Positions 22,270 through 23,752 of a stretch of 23,752 bases of DNA are shown piece by piece. The position numbers were made by a program, and so were the translations under genes. Origin of the DNA: Salpingoeca rosetta. Lineage: Eukaryota; Protista; Choanoflagellata. Every line of letters begins with the position of its first letter. Positions within the stretch are counted from its first letter, which is position 1. The stretch is taken from the NCBI GenBank assembly GCA_033442325.1, contig JAWQFM010000016.1, positions 1 through 23,752 on the forward strand, in the 5' to 3' direction. The notes under the pieces are model-generated. The model was not told the origin of the DNA. It searched no databases and was given only the letters and a program-made list of their open reading frames with translations.

Positions 22270-23752
22270 TCACTTCTGACACACGCTCTTCACGCAGGAG
22301 TAGACGCAGAGGAAAGGCAAAGCAGCAACAAGACATGGACAACAAAGCACAAGCACAGCCCAGTCCTGGCTGGTCATGTTGTCGTCACCGCCGCTTCCTT
22401 CTTGCTGCTTCTGCTCGTTCTCTTCCTCGCCCAGGGCGCCGCCAGTGCGTGCACCTTGAACCTTCACATCAGCACTGCGAATGCGCCCCAGATTGCGCGC
22501 CGCCTTGCGGGTGTTTGGGTGGTCTGGCCCAAGCGTGGGTGTGAAAATGTCGAGTGCATGTTGGACATAGGCGCAGGCCTGCTCCTTGTCGCCGCGGTCG
22601 TCGTGCAGCAGGCCGATGTTGAAGTATGTCTCAGCTGTGCTGGGGTGCTTCTCCCCCAGCATCTCCACCTTGATGGCGAGGGCCTTCTCGTACAGCTCAA
22701 TCGCCTTGTCGTACTCGCCCTTGTGCTTGTAGGCGACGCCCAAGCTGCCATAGGACGCAGCTGTGCTCGGGTGCTTCTCGCCCAGCGTCTCCACCGTGAT
22801 GGCGAGGGCCTTCTCATAAAACGCAATCGCTCTGTCGTGCTCGCCCTTGTCATCGTAGGCGTTGCCGAGATTGTTGTAGGTGGTCGCTGTGCTCGGGTGC
22901 TTCTCGCCCAGCGTCTCCACCCTGATGGCGAGGGCCTTCTCGTACTGCTCAATCGCCCTGTCGTACTCGCCCTTGCTGTAGTAGGCGCTGCCGAGGTTGT
23001 TGTACGTCTGTGCTGTACTCGGGTGCTTCTCACCCAACGCCTCCACCTTGATGGCGAGCGCCTTCTCATACAGCTGGATGGCCTTGTTGTACTGGCCCTT
23101 TTTCTTGTAGGCGTTGCCGAGGTTGTTGTACGTGCTTGATGTGCTCGGGTGCTTCTCGCCCAGCGTCTCCACTCTGATGGCGAGCGCCTTCTCGTACAGC
23201 TCAATCGCCTTGTTGTAGCCGCCCTTGCTGTTGTACGCGTTGCCGAGGTTGTTGTACGTGTCGGCTGTGCTCGGGTGCTTCTCGCCCAACGTCTCCACCC
23301 TTATGGCGAGGGCTTTCTCATGGTAAGCAATGGCCTTGTCATGCTCGCCCTTGCTGGCGTAGGCGATGCCGAGGTTGTTGTAGGTGGTCGCTGTGCTCGG
23401 GTGCTTCTCGCCCAGCGTCTCCACCCTGATGGCGAGGGCCTTCTCGTACTGCTCAATCGCCCTGTCGTACTCGCCCTTGCTGTAGTAGGCGCTGCCGAGG
23501 TTGTTGTACGTCTGTGCTGTACTCGGGTGCTTCTCACCCAACGCCTCCACCTTGATGGCGAGCGCCTTCTCATACAGCTGGATGGCCTTGTTGTACTGGC
23601 CCTTTTTCTTGTAGGACGTTGCCGAGGTTGTTGTACGTGCTTGATGTGCTCGGGTGCTTCTCGCCCAGCGTCTCCACTCTGATGGCGAGCGCCTTCTCGT
23701 ACAGCTCAATCGCCTTGTTGTAGCCGCCCTTGCTGTTGTACGCGTGCCGAGA
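22270..23752 (-). CDS. TPR-repeat protein (42-aa kinesin-light-chain-type repeats), 5' part outside the window
   Basis: About 10 units of 126 bp encoding YNNLGxAY.xKGEYD.AI..YEKALAI.VE.LGEKHPSTA, ending in LGPDHPNT. A 1-bp insertion near 23616 breaks the frame close to the window end. Confidence 0.92.
   Translation of the reverse strand, partial: LGTRTTARAATTRRLSCTRRRSPSEWRRWARSTRAHQARTTTSATSYKKKGQYNKAIQLYEKALAIKVEALGEKHPSTAQTYNNLGSAYYSKGEYDRAIEQYEKALAIRVETLGEKHPSTATTYNNLGIAYASKGEHDKAIAYHEKALAIRVETLGEKHPSTADTYNNLGNAYNSKGGYNKAIELYEKALAIRVETLGEKHPSTSSTYNNLGNAYKKKGQYNKAIQLYEKALAIKVEALGEKHPSTAQTYNNLGSAYYSKGEYDRAIEQYEKALAIRVETLGEKHPSTATTYNNLGNAYDDKGEHDRAIAFYEKALAITVETLGEKHPSTAASYGSLGVAYKHKGEYDKAIELYEKALAIKVEMLGEKHPSTAETYFNIGLLHDDRGDKEQACAYVQHALDIFTPTLGPDHPNTRKAARNLGRIRSADVKVQGARTGGALGEEENEQKQQEGSGGDDNMTSQDWAVLVLCCPCLVAALPFLCVYSCVKSVCQK

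Noticed and set aside
22500-23752. CRISPR-like regular repeats and long antisense ORFs
   Set aside because: The repeats are in-frame 126-bp TPR codon units without unique spacers; the other ORFs are shadows of the TPR frame.

Overview
Eukaryotic, intron-rich DNA with long (CA/GT)n microsatellites and two 100-N scaffold gaps. The intron style and the 42-aa 'GEKHPSTA.TYNNLG' TPR family suggest a choanoflagellate such as Salpingoeca rosetta (inference). Most ORF-track entries are low-complexity noise. Reading the exons directly shows a mosaic of unrelated, mostly truncated and frameshifted genes that still carry GT-AG introns. In order they are: an exostosin/GT47-like gene (-), a WSC domain spliced in frame to a GH3 beta-xylosidase-like N-terminal domain (+), a TNFR-like Cys-rich repeat segment with a SEA-like GSV motif (+), a WD40 gene resembling RBBP5 (-), a ubiquitin-activating enzyme E1 fragment with the catalytic PMCT motif (-), a FANCD2 fragment (+), an unidentified coding-like segment (+) and a TPR array (-). 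There is also an inverted duplication (1-204 vs 3770-3978) and a 344-bp tandem duplication. I find no intact novel system. The best lead is the gene-fragment patchwork itself. Family calls come from remembered motif similarity, not database searches, and some indels may be sequencing errors.
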